From positions 1,205 through 65,204 of the forward strand of contig CAVIFQ010000003.1 of NCBI GenBank assembly GCA_963642055.1: 64,000 nucleotides of DNA, in the 5' to 3' direction. The notes under the pieces were generated by a model. That model did no database searches. It was not told the origin of the DNA and saw only the letters and a list, made by a program, of their open reading frames with translations. Below, in pieces: positions 26,013 to 36,370 of the stretch. The stretch comes from Roseburia hominis (GTDB lineage: Bacteria > Bacillota_I > Bacilli_A > RFN20 > CAG-826). Position 1 is the stretch's first letter. Every line of letters starts with the position of its first letter. Position numbers and translations under genes: made by a program.

Positions 26013-27143
26013 TTACCAGACTTTTTTGGATTCCCTGTCGAGCAAAGCGGCCACGCCTTCACTCAATGCGCCGATACTGACAGCATCGTTCCCTAATTGG
26101 CTTACGAGGAGAGTGGCTGGGAACCGCGGATCATTGAATTCATTTTGAATCGCATTGATATAATCCTCGCCAAACCCGGTTGCTTTTCCGGATATTATGA
26201 CATTTGAGATATTAAGCAGGCGAGAAATTGAATAGATTGTGGCGCCTAAAGCCTTCGCGGTGCTTAAGATGTATTCCTTTGCTTCTTTGTCTTCGCTATA
26301 TAACTTAAAAATCGGCTCAAATCCCGTCGTTTTGAAGTGATATTCGAGTCCTTGGATCGAAGCGAAATAGAAAAGAGGTATCATTCTCCCATCAAAGAAA
26401 GCGGGGACGTCGCCAAGCTCGCCAGCATAGCCATCTTCGCCGAGAAAAAGCTTATTATCCACGCAAATCGCGCCTCCAATTGTCGATTCGTTGGATAAAA
26501 GAATCGCGGATTTTTTCCCTTTTGCGCATCCGTTTCTTATCTCACCGCACATCGCGAGGTTCATATCATTCCCGAGCAATACTTCTGCGCCCCTGAATCT
26601 TCTCTTCAATCTTTCGGTCCATTTTTTGATTTCGTTGGGGGCATCGCCGAATAGATATGAATCGACATTCGAATCATGGATGTTGACGAGTCCTGGCACG
26701 GAGATAACGAATTGCCTGAAAGGAACCCCTTCTACCTCGACGAATCTGCTCAAGCGCAGGATTTCGTTGATGATATTCTCTAGCGTTTCCTCGGAATAAT
26801 AATCGACATCGAATCGCTCTTTGAGGAGAACTTCTTCCCTGATGTTTGCAAAAGAAAGCTCATAGGAACCATATTCGAGATTGATGATGACCATCACGCC
26901 GAAGCGGGTATTGAGGGCGTAATTGATTTGGCGCCGGCCTTTCCTGGCGTTGGTGTATTTATTAATTTCGCGGAGGAGGTCTTTTTCTTCTAGGTGCCTT
27001 AAAATACAACTCACGGCCGTGTTCGACAAAGAATATTCCTGCGCCAGTCGCGTGGCTGAGGCATATCCATGCTCTTTGATGAATTTTAAGATGAGCGCGT
27101 TGTTGGTCGCGCGATTGTAAAAATGGTTCTTTCCTCTTTCCAT
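26013..27143 (-). CDS. ROK-family transcriptional regulator (NagC/XylR-like)
   Basis: N-terminal wHTH (ILKFIKEHGYASATRLAQEYSLSNTAVSCILRHLEEKDLL) plus a ROK sugar-kinase-like fold; start taken at the MERGK ATG downstream of an extended -10 (TGgTATAAT) that lies in the 3' end of the upstream permease gene. Confidence 0.75.
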   Translation of the reverse strand: MERGKNHFYNRATNNALILKFIKEHGYASATRLAQEYSLSNTAVSCILRHLEEKDLLREINKYTNARKGRRQINYALNTRFGVMVIINLEYGSYELSFANIREEVLLKERFDVDYYSEETLENIINEILRLSRFVEVEGVPFRQFVISVPGLVNIHDSNVDSYLFGDAPNEIKKWTERLKRRFRGAEVLLGNDMNLAMCGEIRNGCAKGKKSAILLSNESTIGGAICVDNKLFLGEDGYAGELGDVPAFFDGRMIPLFYFASIQGLEYHFKTTGFEPIFKLYSEDKEAKEYILSTAKALGATIYSISRLLNISNVIISGKATGFGEDYINAIQNEFNDPRFPATLLVSQLGNDAVSIGALSEGVAALLDRESKKVW

Positions 27144-27207
27144 AAAATGGTTAGGTTTGCTTTCGCAAGTAGGGCAATTATACCACCAAAAAGAGATTGC
27201 GAACTTT

Positions 27208-29073
27208 TCATTCAACCGATTTGAGGGATGAATTCATGTCGATGCGCTTGATTTTCGGGAACAACAAGCGGTTGACGATGATGGTGGCGATGCTCACGAA
27301 AAGGAAGCTTAAGAGATAGCTGTACCATTGAACATCGCTGATTGAGCCAAAGCCTAGATAAGAGAAAACCCATGCGATCAAACCCGCTCCAATAGGTAAT
27401 CCTATGGCGCTTGAGAAAAGCGAAATGATCATGATTTCCCTGAAAGTATAAGAGGAGCATTCTTTGTTGTGATAGCCAAGCACTTTGAGGGTGGCGAGTT
27501 CGCGCTGACGGTCTTGGATATTCATGTTGGCGAGCGAATAAATGACGGTGACCGTCATCAAAATCGCGAAAATGATGATGACGGCGGAAATATTGCCCAT
27601 GGAGTCGGCCACATTGGCGTATAGATCATCGTTCTTTAAAGCCGTCGATACGTCAAGCAAAGCAAAACCGATGAGAATGAGAATGGTGGAGCCGATGACA
27701 GATAAGGCGGTGAGAGAGGAATTCTTTTTGTGCCTGAAGATATTGCGGAAGCTGTTTTTGTAGGAGAAAGGCGTGCGGTTCCATACGGGTTTGATCTTCT
27801 CCAGAAGGATTTTCTTGCCGGCTTTCGGCGATTTCTCCTTCAATAGAGAAGCGGGCGTTTCCTTTAAATAGAGCAAAGTCGCGAATATCGTGATGAGCAA
27901 AGAGACGAGAAGAGTCGCCAAGGCAACCAAAATGCCTTCAAGGTTATAAAAACTTACTGGATAGGGGCGCATTGAGAAAACGGCGTTATAAGCCGAAAAG
28001 ACGACTTTAGGTATGAAAGGCGTCCCAATCATATAGCCTAGTAGCGATCCTAGCCCTACAGAAAGAAAGGAGAAGGAGGCATATTTAGCGATGATCGCTC
28101 CCTTCCCTATCCCAAGAGAGCGGTAGCAGCCGATTTCGCTCCTCTCATCTTTGATTAATCTAGTGATGGTCAAAAGGTTGATGAGAGCGCAGACGACGAT
28201 GAAAAAGAAAGGGAAGATGGAAGCGATGCGCGAGACTTTTTCGTTATAGTTTTTGAAGAGGGCATAAGCTGTATTCTCTTCCAAAGTCAAATACTCCACG
28301 ACGTCTTTTTCACCTGTGTAAAGAGTAATCATCTTATCGAATTTCCTTTTCATATCATTGACGTCTTTTTCGTATTTTTCGCTCATATAATCGTGCTCGA
28401 TATTCAAGACAATCGAAATGTCGGTGGTGGGTGGTAAAAGCTCGGGGTGAGCAGAGAAAGCAGAGGTGGAGAAATAATAAATCGCATCGACGTAGGCTTC
28501 TTCTTCGCTCATCGCTCTCTCTTTGGCGACGGAAACATAGAGAGGCGATTCGACGATACCCGTGATTTTGTATTCTCGTTTCGTTCCTTTTTCGCCCAAA
28601 AGCAAAGATAAATCGAGCGAGACGCTCTCCCCGATATTGCGCGAAGGGCGGTTAAGGCTTCCTTTTTCGACAAGGATTTCGTATTCGTTTTCTGGATAAG
28701 TGCCTTCAATAAGGGTCGGGATGCAGTTTTTGCCGTTTTCGAAATCGAGCCAATAGACGCGGGAATATTTGTCACTGTTCTCGTTTTGAATATCGATGCT
28801 TGAGAAAAATTCAGCGCTTTCAATTTCTTCAATGTCCGAGAAATCGAAGGAAATGGAAGTGTCCATATCGATTTCTTTCACGAATTTGGCGGTGATATCA
28901 GGCACGTTCCTTCCTTCATAGTTTTTTAAAAACGATGTTTTGAAGGAAGAGGGGAGAGCTCCTAAACCTGATGTTATGGCAAGGGATAGAAAAACGACGA
29001 GGAAGTTGCCGATGAATCTTCCTTTGTTCGAGAAAAAAGTCCGAAATACGGTTTTGCTGAAGGCTTTCACCAC
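27208..29073 (-). CDS. ABC transporter permease, FtsX/MacB-like
   Basis: 621 aa; N-terminal TM, large extracytoplasmic domain, FtsX-type TM bundles; overlaps the ATPase gene by 7 nt. Confidence 0.75.
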   Translation of the reverse strand: MVKAFSKTVFRTFFSNKGRFIGNFLVVFLSLAITSGLGALPSSFKTSFLKNYEGRNVPDITAKFVKEIDMDTSISFDFSDIEEIESAEFFSSIDIQNENSDKYSRVYWLDFENGKNCIPTLIEGTYPENEYEILVEKGSLNRPSRNIGESVSLDLSLLLGEKGTKREYKITGIVESPLYVSVAKERAMSEEEAYVDAIYYFSTSAFSAHPELLPPTTDISIVLNIEHDYMSEKYEKDVNDMKRKFDKMITLYTGEKDVVEYLTLEENTAYALFKNYNEKVSRIASIFPFFFIVVCALINLLTITRLIKDERSEIGCYRSLGIGKGAIIAKYASFSFLSVGLGSLLGYMIGTPFIPKVVFSAYNAVFSMRPYPVSFYNLEGILVALATLLVSLLITIFATLLYLKETPASLLKEKSPKAGKKILLEKIKPVWNRTPFSYKNSFRNIFRHKKNSSLTALSVIGSTILILIGFALLDVSTALKNDDLYANVADSMGNISAVIIIFAILMTVTVIYSLANMNIQDRQRELATLKVLGYHNKECSSYTFREIMIISLFSSAIGLPIGAGLIAWVFSYLGFGSISDVQWYSYLLSFLFVSIATIIVNRLLFPKIKRIDMNSSLKSVE

Positions 29074-29771
29074 TCAATCTCCTTAATGTCTTTCGGATGC
29101 TCGTTGTGCTCATCGAGAACGATATGGCCGTTTTTGATTTTGATCAAATGGTCGCCCATTTCCTTGAGGGCGCTGTTATGGGTGACGATGATGACCGTTT
29201 TCTTTTCTTTGCGGGAAGCGGTGGATAATAATGACAGTATTTCCTTGCCTGTTTCATAATCCAAGGCCCCGGTAGGCTCATCGCAGAGGATGATTTTCGG
29301 GTTTTTCGCGAGGGCTCTAGCGATCGAGACGCGCTGCTGCTCGCCTCCGGAAAGCTGACTGGGGAAATTGTTCATTCTCTCTCCTAAACCAACTTGGCGA
29401 AGGGTGTCTTCCAAGTCGAGGGTGTTTTTCTTTAATTCGGTGGCGAGTTCGAGGTTCTCTTTAGCCGTGAGATTGGGCATGAGATTGTAGAACTGAAAAA
29501 CGAATCCGACGTCATTGCGGCGGTAATCGGTTCTTTTGTGAGAGGAGAATTTCGCGATATCCTCGCCATCGACGAATAGTGAGCCGCTCGTTGGGGCATC
29601 CATCCCGCCGATGAGATTGAGCAAAGTGCTTTTGCCAGCCCCAGAAGGGCCGACGATAATCGTTAGCTCCCCTTCTTCGATGGAAAAAGAGACATCCGAT
29701 AAAGCCTTGACCTTGCCTTCGCCTTCGCCGAATTCCTTGCACAGCGATTCGGCCTTCATTATTACGCTCAT
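29067..29771 (-). CDS. ABC transporter ATP-binding protein (MacB/LolD-type)
   Basis: Start at the [13 protein letters not shown] (RBS agggggaaag); Walker [10 protein letters not shown], signature LSGGEQQR, Walker B ILCDEPT. Confidence 0.85.
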   Translation of the reverse strand: MSVIMKAESLCKEFGEGEGKVKALSDVSFSIEEGELTIIVGPSGAGKSTLLNLIGGMDAPTSGSLFVDGEDIAKFSSHKRTDYRRNDVGFVFQFYNLMPNLTAKENLELATELKKNTLDLEDTLRQVGLGERMNNFPSQLSGGEQQRVSIARALAKNPKIILCDEPTGALDYETGKEILSLLSTASRKEKKTVIIVTHNSALKEMGDHLIKIKNGHIVLDEHNEHPKDIKEIEW

Positions 29772-29805
29772 CTTCTTTCCCCCTTGCCCGGCTAAATAAT
29801 AAACG

Positions 29806-29826
29806 CAATGAATATGAAATTCATTG
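29806..29826. promoter_or_regulatory. perfect inverted repeat (candidate operator) in a divergent promoter region
   Basis: caatgaat-atgaa-attcattg (8-bp arms, 5-bp spacer) between the ABC transporter operon (-) and addB (+). Confidence 0.4.
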
Positions 29827-29907
29827 GTATGTTTTTCTTTTCGTTGCTTATGTTTCGTCTCTATTCTCAAGGGAAAAGAAGTAAAATAGAACGACTGAGG
29901 GGATTAA

Positions 29908-32367
29908 ATGGAAAAAAAGATCATCGTGGCCGAAAAAGAATACGATTCGCTTCTTCTTTCCATTAGGGAAAAAGATCCATCGGCTTCTTTCAAAATCATC
30001 CATCCGGGCGACTTTCTTTCCTTAAGCTCTTTTTCCTATAAATCCGACCCTTTGCCCACGCTTATCGTGGAATTTGGGTATAGCTACAAGCAAGCGAAGA
30101 AATGCGCTGACCTCCTTAGGACAGGCAATGTGAGCGAAAACGCTAGATTATCATCTATCTTTGAACGCTTGAAGGAGCTGGGTCTAATTTCCGTTGACCC
30201 GTATGGGATTATCGAGCTAAACAAGGCTGAAGTATGCTTTTTGGAAATGAAAGACGAGGAGGAACTTCATCTCCTCGCGAAAATAAATAATATCCCTTAT
30301 CGCGATATCACACTCGCTGATCTCGGACTAGAAAAATGCAACGACGAGATGGTTGCTGCGCCCCCGATTTATATATTCAAAAACAAATTCGAGCAGTTCT
30401 TTTACGTCTATAGCGATATTCGCCGGCGGATGATTGACGGAGAAAAAGCCGACGATATCGTCATCCATATCGCCGACACCGCCGATTTGTTCTACTGCGA
30501 ATTGTGCTCATCCTTATTCAAGGTGCCTTCTTTGCTGAAAATGGATATTCCTTTTTTGAGCGAAGTTTCCGTCAAAAGGAAAGTCGGCGAGATTTATTCT
30601 GAGAAATCATTTGACTGCTTTTCCGAGGAAGAGATGAAAAACGAGGCCCTGAAAGCCTTATCGGAACTCATATCTTTCTACCGTCTAAACGAGATTCCTT
30701 TCGATAGGGGTTATGCTTCGCTCCTTGAGATGCTTTCTTCTTTATCGACGAGCGAGAGTAAAAGTCCTGTGGGTGTCATTCTCACCAACAAATACGTCAT
30801 CGAGCCTCATAAGCATGTTTACGTGACTGATTTCGTTTCCGGGTCTTTCTACGAAGTTAAGGAAGATAATAACATCCTCGATGATGCCTCACTTTGTGAA
30901 ATCGGCGCAAATCCCAGCTATGTTCTCACTTCTCTCGACCGCGAGAAGAAACTCAACTATTTACGTTATAACGATATTGTCTTTTTATCTTATGCCGAAG
31001 AGCATCTAAACGATTCAATCTATCCTTCGCAGTTCATGGCTGAGCTTCCGACTTACAAAGGCAAAGCCGTCAAGATGAGCGCCAGGAACGAGGAAGGGGT
31101 TTATACTAAAAAAACGCGCGACCTCCTCTTTTCAAAAGAGATGGATGACGCTTTTTGTCGGAAGACAATCGGGGAATATCGTTCCTACGATCATTCTTAC
31201 AAGACAATCGAAGGATATGTGTCTCCTTTCACAAGTGGCCACTACTCGGTGACGAATCTCGAGAAATACATCAAGTGCCCATTCGCGTATCTATATTCTT
31301 CGCTCACCCCTACCGCGATTTCCTCTTTTCACTATATGGATCTTGGTACCCTCATTCACAAGGTGATGGAAGGGATCTACGATGATGATTTCTCTTTTGA
31401 GAAAGCCTTTGAGGAAGGGGAAAGAGAATATGAAGAGGCGATGCTCAAGCGCGGGCAAACGATGGGCAACGTTCAGAAAGCCTACCTTGAGGTTGTGCGC
31501 CCGCACTTGGAGAGAGTCGTCGGCGAACTCCGCGCTTGGAAAGAATATTGCGATATATATGATCAAAAAAGCGAACAAAGAATCGAATGGAATCTATGCG
31601 ATGGCGATAAGAAATACCATTTCGTTGGCTACATTGACAAACTCGTTGTTTTTGGTAGGGATAAACCGGAATTCTATTATGTGATAGATTACAAAACGGG
31701 CAGTGAATCTTTTGTTCCTGAAACCGTCTTTTTAGGTTCTTCGACGCAGCTTCCTCTTTATCTATATGCCTTGGAGAATAACGAAGAAGAAAAAGAAAAA
31801 ATGGTCTCTGGGGCCCGTTTCGCGGGATTCGGAATTCAGCAAATGTATGCCTCATCCCTTAAAAAAGCCTATTACGATAAAGGCGTTCTTTCCGAAAAGA
31901 CCTTTTATAAAAACAGCGCTTTCTCTGGCGCGAGCTTAACCTCGGACGAGGATAGTTTCTGGTCTTTATCCGATCGGACGGCCTATAAGGAAAATAAAGG
32001 GAGTCTAGTATGCACAGGGGATGGGTATTTTCTCCGTAGCCCCCAAAGCTTTGTTTCTATGAGCGAAGGAACGGTCCTCAAGAACGCCGATAAAAAAGGC
32101 TATAAGGCATATACGCTCGCTGAACTTATCGAAGAAGCAAAAGAGAGCACAATCGAGACAATCAAAAAAATCGAGAACGCCGATTTTCCGATTGCTCCAG
32201 CGAATAGGAACGATCTTTTAAAACCTGCCTCGAACAAAAACTCCGATCTTACCTGCGCTTTCTGCGCCTACGCCGATATTTGTTACCATGATTCCTATAA
32301 AGACCCAAAGGATTTCTCTCGCATCATCGCGCAGCATTTCCGGAAAGGAGAGGAAGATGATCGATGA
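29908..32367 (+). CDS. addB: AddB/RexB-like helicase-nuclease subunit B (no N-terminal Walker A; C-terminal PD-(D/E)xK nuclease with Fe-S cysteines)
   Basis: 819 aa; C-terminal RecB-family nuclease motifs (YIDKLVVF...VIDYKTG) followed by four Cys (CTGDG...CAFCAYADIC); the N-terminal half has no GxGKT. Confidence 0.7.
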   Translation: MEKKIIVAEKEYDSLLLSIREKDPSASFKIIHPGDFLSLSSFSYKSDPLPTLIVEFGYSYKQAKKCADLLRTGNVSENARLSSIFERLKELGLISVDPYGIIELNKAEVCFLEMKDEEELHLLAKINNIPYRDITLADLGLEKCNDEMVAAPPIYIFKNKFEQFFYVYSDIRRRMIDGEKADDIVIHIADTADLFYCELCSSLFKVPSLLKMDIPFLSEVSVKRKVGEIYSEKSFDCFSEEEMKNEALKALSELISFYRLNEIPFDRGYASLLEMLSSLSTSESKSPVGVILTNKYVIEPHKHVYVTDFVSGSFYEVKEDNNILDDASLCEIGANPSYVLTSLDREKKLNYLRYNDIVFLSYAEEHLNDSIYPSQFMAELPTYKGKAVKMSARNEEGVYTKKTRDLLFSKEMDDAFCRKTIGEYRSYDHSYKTIEGYVSPFTSGHYSVTNLEKYIKCPFAYLYSSLTPTAISSFHYMDLGTLIHKVMEGIYDDDFSFEKAFEEGEREYEEAMLKRGQTMGNVQKAYLEVVRPHLERVVGELRAWKEYCDIYDQKSEQRIEWNLCDGDKKYHFVGYIDKLVVFGRDKPEFYYVIDYKTGSESFVPETVFLGSSTQLPLYLYALENNEEEKEKMVSGARFAGFGIQQMYASSLKKAYYDKGVLSEKTFYKNSAFSGASLTSDEDSFWSLSDRTAYKENKGSLVCTGDGYFLRSPQSFVSMSEGTVLKNADKKGYKAYTLAELIEEAKESTIETIKKIENADFPIAPANRNDLLKPASNKNSDLTCAFCAYADICYHDSYKDPKDFSRIIAQHFRKGEEDDR

Positions 32368-35300
32368 ATCCAAATTCAACAGAGAGCAATTGGATGCCAT
32401 CTTAGCCTCAAGCCAAGAGGACATTCTTATTTCCGCCGGGGCTGGAAGCGGAAAAACGAACACCCTTTCTGAGCGCGTGAGCGAAATGCTATTAAAAGGC
32501 GAAATCAATCCAAGCGAGCTCCTCGTTCTTACTTTTACCAACAATGCCGCTCATGAAATGAAGGAGCGCATCATCGCAAAATTCCCGAAAGAGGAAAAAG
32601 AGAAAGCCAGAGAGCTTCTCTCTAGTCACATTCAGACCTTTGACTCTTTGTATCAATATCTTGTCTCTTCGTACGCGAACGAGCTTGGTTTGTCGTCGAA
32701 TTTGAACGTGCTAGATAAAACGATTGCGAAAACAAAGCAAAGCGAAATAATCGACTCTTTGTTTTCCTCATATTACGAAAATCCCAGCAAAACCGCATCC
32801 TTATTGTCGATAATCAAGAAATTCGATATGAAAGACGATTCTCAGACAAAGAAAATCGTCTTAAGTTTGTGGACAAGCATCGATAAACTCAGCCGTCCTG
32901 AGAAGAACCTCGTTTTGAATGATTACGATAGGCATTATTTGAGCGATGAGTTCATCGATTCCAAGTATCATGAACTTGTTTCTTCTTCTAAAAGCGAATT
33001 TGAAGAGGTGATATACGAGGCTGCTTTCGCCGATTATTTCTATCCGCTTTATTCCAAAGAAGGATATTCGGTGGAGAAGGCCAAGGAAGTTTTCTCAAGC
33101 CGTGGCTTCTGGGAGACCCCTTACGCGAATTTCGCTTTCGCGGAGAATAGTATCGTCGATCCGATGTACCGTAAAATCCTTGAGCTCCTTTCTCTTGGCG
33201 ATGAGGAATTCGTCGCGAAGGCTAATTCGTTCAAAGAGGATAACGAAGCCTTTTTCAAGAAGGTAATTCCCGGCTTAGAAAAGGACAGCAAAACCCAATT
33301 AGAGGCGCCTTGGAAGATAATGAAGGCCGCTTTCGGAACAAAATCAGCCGCTCTTGCGCCAATAAGAGGCCTCTTAGATAAAAAGAGCGAGCGTGAAAAA
33401 GTCCTTTATTACCGCGACGATATCATTTTCCTGCTCCAGATGATCAAAGAGGCCGATGCCATTTTCACTGATTTCAAGAAAGCGACGAATTCTTTCACCT
33501 TCTCCGATTATGCTGAATTCGCTCTCGCGCTCATGAACGATGAAAAATACGAAAAATGCGCGAAAGAGGTCAGAAACCGTTTCTCTTATATCATGGTTGA
33601 CGAATACCAGGATACCAACCCGAAGCAAGAAGCTCTCTTGTCGAGTCTTCTCAAAGAGCGCGATGATGGGAGCAGGGCGCATCTATTCGCGGTAGGGGAT
33701 GCGAAACAAAGCATCTACCTTTTTAACGGCAGTGAGGTTGCTCTTTTCCGCAATAGGCAGCGTCAATATTCTTCGGGAGCAGGGCATCGCGTGATCAACA
33801 TGAACCGCAATTACCGAAGCGGGAAAAAATTGCTGCAGGAAATCAATTACATTTGCTCATATTACATGAGGCTCGATCACGGCTTCATCGATTACAAAAA
33901 CGACCCCTCAGAGCACCTTCTTTATGACGATAAAGTGAACTTATACGGCAAGGAATACGATAATTTCTGCATTTCGCGCATCTTCACGCCGAATGATGCG
34001 ATCAAGAAAGAAAAGCGCTCGGCTCTCGATAGCAGAACAAGAGAGGCAAACATTATCGTCGAAGACATAAAAAAGAAAATCAGCGAAGGGTATTTGGTCT
34101 ATGATCGCTCCGAAAAAGCCGTCCGCCCGTGCCGCTATAATGACTTCGCCATTCTTTCGAGCGTCAAAAGCTCCTTCAGGATGTATGAGCAGATATTCAC
34201 GCAAAACGGGATAAAGCTGAATAAAAAGGTTTCCGATAACCTGCGTGAGACCGATTCCATTATTTTGATCGAATCGTTGTTACGCATCTACGCCTATTTC
34301 AATGGTGACGAAAGTCAAGATATCAGGCATTTATTCGCTTCGATCGCTCGTAGCTACGCCTTTGAATACACCGACACGAAGTTATACGAACTGCTCCACT
34401 ACGAAAACGGTGGAGACCCATATTTGAAAATCAAGTCCGATCCTTTATGGGAAGAGCTTGAGCGTTTCTCCAGAAAAAATGCCCTCACTCCTTCTAGCGA
34501 CGTTTTCCTTGCTTTGATTGATGAGTTCCATGTTATCGACCATTTGCCGAAAATCGGGGAAGTGGCGAACGTCATCGCCAAAATTGACTCTCTTTACCAG
34601 ATGATTCTCGAGAACGAGACGATGGGGAACGGCATCAAAGAATTCTTGAGCATGCTTTCGGAAATGGATAAGCATTCGCTTGAATGCGAGAACGAAACCC
34701 TCACCAATTGCGATGATGCGGTCGATATGATGACGATTCATGCCTCAAAAGGGCTTGAACGCAAAATCGTTTATTTGCCGGTTTCTCTCAATTCCATGGG
34801 GCGAGGCGATATGCGTAACGCCTCTATCCTCTCTTTTTCGATGGATAAAGGCATCGTTTTGCCGTATTTGCGTTTTGAGCCCACTAAACCGTATTCGCCG
34901 CTTAATGAATATTCGGTTTTAACCGATACCGTGTTGACGCGAAAGAAGGCCAATTACGAGAATGACCCGCTTATTGATGACCATACGCGCTTATTTTATG
35001 TGGCTTTGACGCGAGCCGAGAATCAGATCGTCATCGTCGGCGATAATCAGAAAGGCAAAGAGAATCTATACGCGATGCTCAATTGTTGCCCTCATTTCAT
35101 TAGACTGAATGATCGCTACTTCACCAAAAAAATTGATGAAGGAATCATCAAAAAGAAAGATTACGAGGCTTTTCTCGCAAATGGGGAAAACTGCAAATCA
35201 GTTTTTTTGCCTTTCTCCGCTTTGCCTTCTTTTTCCGCCTTCCGCGCATATAAGAAGATGGGGGAGGAGCATTGCTTACAGGCCCCATTAAGGGTACAGA

Positions 35301-36370
35301 ACGAGATTCTTGATCTCTTCTGCCTCTCTTTATATGAAGATTATCTAAAAAAGATAAAAGAGATAACTGACCTCGACGAACTTGCCAGCATTTATGCCGC
35401 TTTGTTTTTACCAATGGTTAAAGAAGCAGCAAATATCGCATCTTTTGCCTCTCTTGTCGCTTATCTGAATAGCGCGAATGAAGAGAAAAAAGAAGATATC
35501 GAAATCGATTATGAAGACGATGAAGATGATGATGGCGAAGGCGATGAGGGGGAGGAGAAAGCAATCTCTTTCTCGCCTAACTTGATGAAGTCGACGAACA
35601 AAGAATGGCTCGTAAGAAATACCATCGCCCACCTGTTAGCGAACGACTACGAGTTTTTCTTCGTTAAGAAGAGCAAGAAGATGACAGAAGAGGACATGAA
35701 GTTGTTTTTAAGCAAACACTTTTTGCCAGCTCTAGCTCATTACTTCGATGATACTTGGTTTATCGCCTATACATCTTATGAGAACGAAGGCTATGAAGAT
35801 CGCGTCTTTTTCGCTGAAGAACATGTGGATGCTGAACAAACAAAAGTCGCGGAAATCCCTGAATTTAAGGAACCTCGCGTCGATGAAAGGGAATTCGTTT
35901 TAATGCCCACCCAGCATAAACGCGCGAGCAAGAAAATCACTCTCATCGATAGCGATGCTCCCTCTTCCTTCGTTTTGGATAGAGGCAGCGAGCTTCACCG
36001 CCATCTTGAGATGGTGGACATTGCTTCAGGCGATGTTTCTTTTATTTCCGATTACGATGAAAGAAGGCTCATCAAGAGGGTGCTCGATTTGCCGATTATG
36101 CGTCTAGCGAAGGAATCGATCATCCACACCGAATATCAATTCTATGATCCAAACGCCCATTCAACGGGGTCAATTGATTTATTGTTCATACATGATGAGG
36201 AATACTACATTGTCGATTATAAAACGAGCCGCATAAATGACCCGGCCTACGTTGAGCAGCTATCGGTGTATACCGACAATATCTCGCGCATTTTCAACGT
36301 TGAAAAAGCAAAAATCCATTTATACCTCGTCTCGATTGTCAAAGGTGAGCAAAAAGAGATAACGCTTTAA
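32357..36370 (+). CDS. addA: ATP-dependent helicase/nuclease subunit A (UvrD/PcrA-like helicase plus RecB nuclease)
   Basis: Start at ATG 32357 (RBS ggaaaggagagg; overlaps addB by 11 nt); Walker A GAGSGKT, VDEYQDTN, C-terminal nuclease IVDYKTS; acidic insert EDDEDDDGEGDEGEE. Confidence 0.85.
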   Translation: MIDESKFNREQLDAILASSQEDILISAGAGSGKTNTLSERVSEMLLKGEINPSELLVLTFTNNAAHEMKERIIAKFPKEEKEKARELLSSHIQTFDSLYQYLVSSYANELGLSSNLNVLDKTIAKTKQSEIIDSLFSSYYENPSKTASLLSIIKKFDMKDDSQTKKIVLSLWTSIDKLSRPEKNLVLNDYDRHYLSDEFIDSKYHELVSSSKSEFEEVIYEAAFADYFYPLYSKEGYSVEKAKEVFSSRGFWETPYANFAFAENSIVDPMYRKILELLSLGDEEFVAKANSFKEDNEAFFKKVIPGLEKDSKTQLEAPWKIMKAAFGTKSAALAPIRGLLDKKSEREKVLYYRDDIIFLLQMIKEADAIFTDFKKATNSFTFSDYAEFALALMNDEKYEKCAKEVRNRFSYIMVDEYQDTNPKQEALLSSLLKERDDGSRAHLFAVGDAKQSIYLFNGSEVALFRNRQRQYSSGAGHRVINMNRNYRSGKKLLQEINYICSYYMRLDHGFIDYKNDPSEHLLYDDKVNLYGKEYDNFCISRIFTPNDAIKKEKRSALDSRTREANIIVEDIKKKISEGYLVYDRSEKAVRPCRYNDFAILSSVKSSFRMYEQIFTQNGIKLNKKVSDNLRETDSIILIESLLRIYAYFNGDESQDIRHLFASIARSYAFEYTDTKLYELLHYENGGDPYLKIKSDPLWEELERFSRKNALTPSSDVFLALIDEFHVIDHLPKIGEVANVIAKIDSLYQMILENETMGNGIKEFLSMLSEMDKHSLECENETLTNCDDAVDMMTIHASKGLERKIVYLPVSLNSMGRGDMRNASILSFSMDKGIVLPYLRFEPTKPYSPLNEYSVLTDTVLTRKKANYENDPLIDDHTRLFYVALTRAENQIVIVGDNQKGKENLYAMLNCCPHFIRLNDRYFTKKIDEGIIKKKDYEAFLANGENCKSVFLPFSALPSFSAFRAYKKMGEEHCLQAPLRVQNEILDLFCLSLYEDYLKKIKEITDLDELASIYAALFLPMVKEAANIASFASLVAYLNSANEEKKEDIEIDYEDDEDDDGEGDEGEEKAISFSPNLMKSTNKEWLVRNTIAHLLANDYEFFFVKKSKKMTEEDMKLFLSKHFLPALAHYFDDTWFIAYTSYENEGYEDRVFFAEEHVDAEQTKVAEIPEFKEPRVDEREFVLMPTQHKRASKKITLIDSDAPSSFVLDRGSELHRHLEMVDIASGDVSFISDYDERRLIKRVLDLPIMRLAKESIIHTEYQFYDPNAHSTGSIDLLFIHDEEYYIVDYKTSRINDPAYVEQLSVYTDNISRIFNVEKAKIHLYLVSIVKGEQKEITL

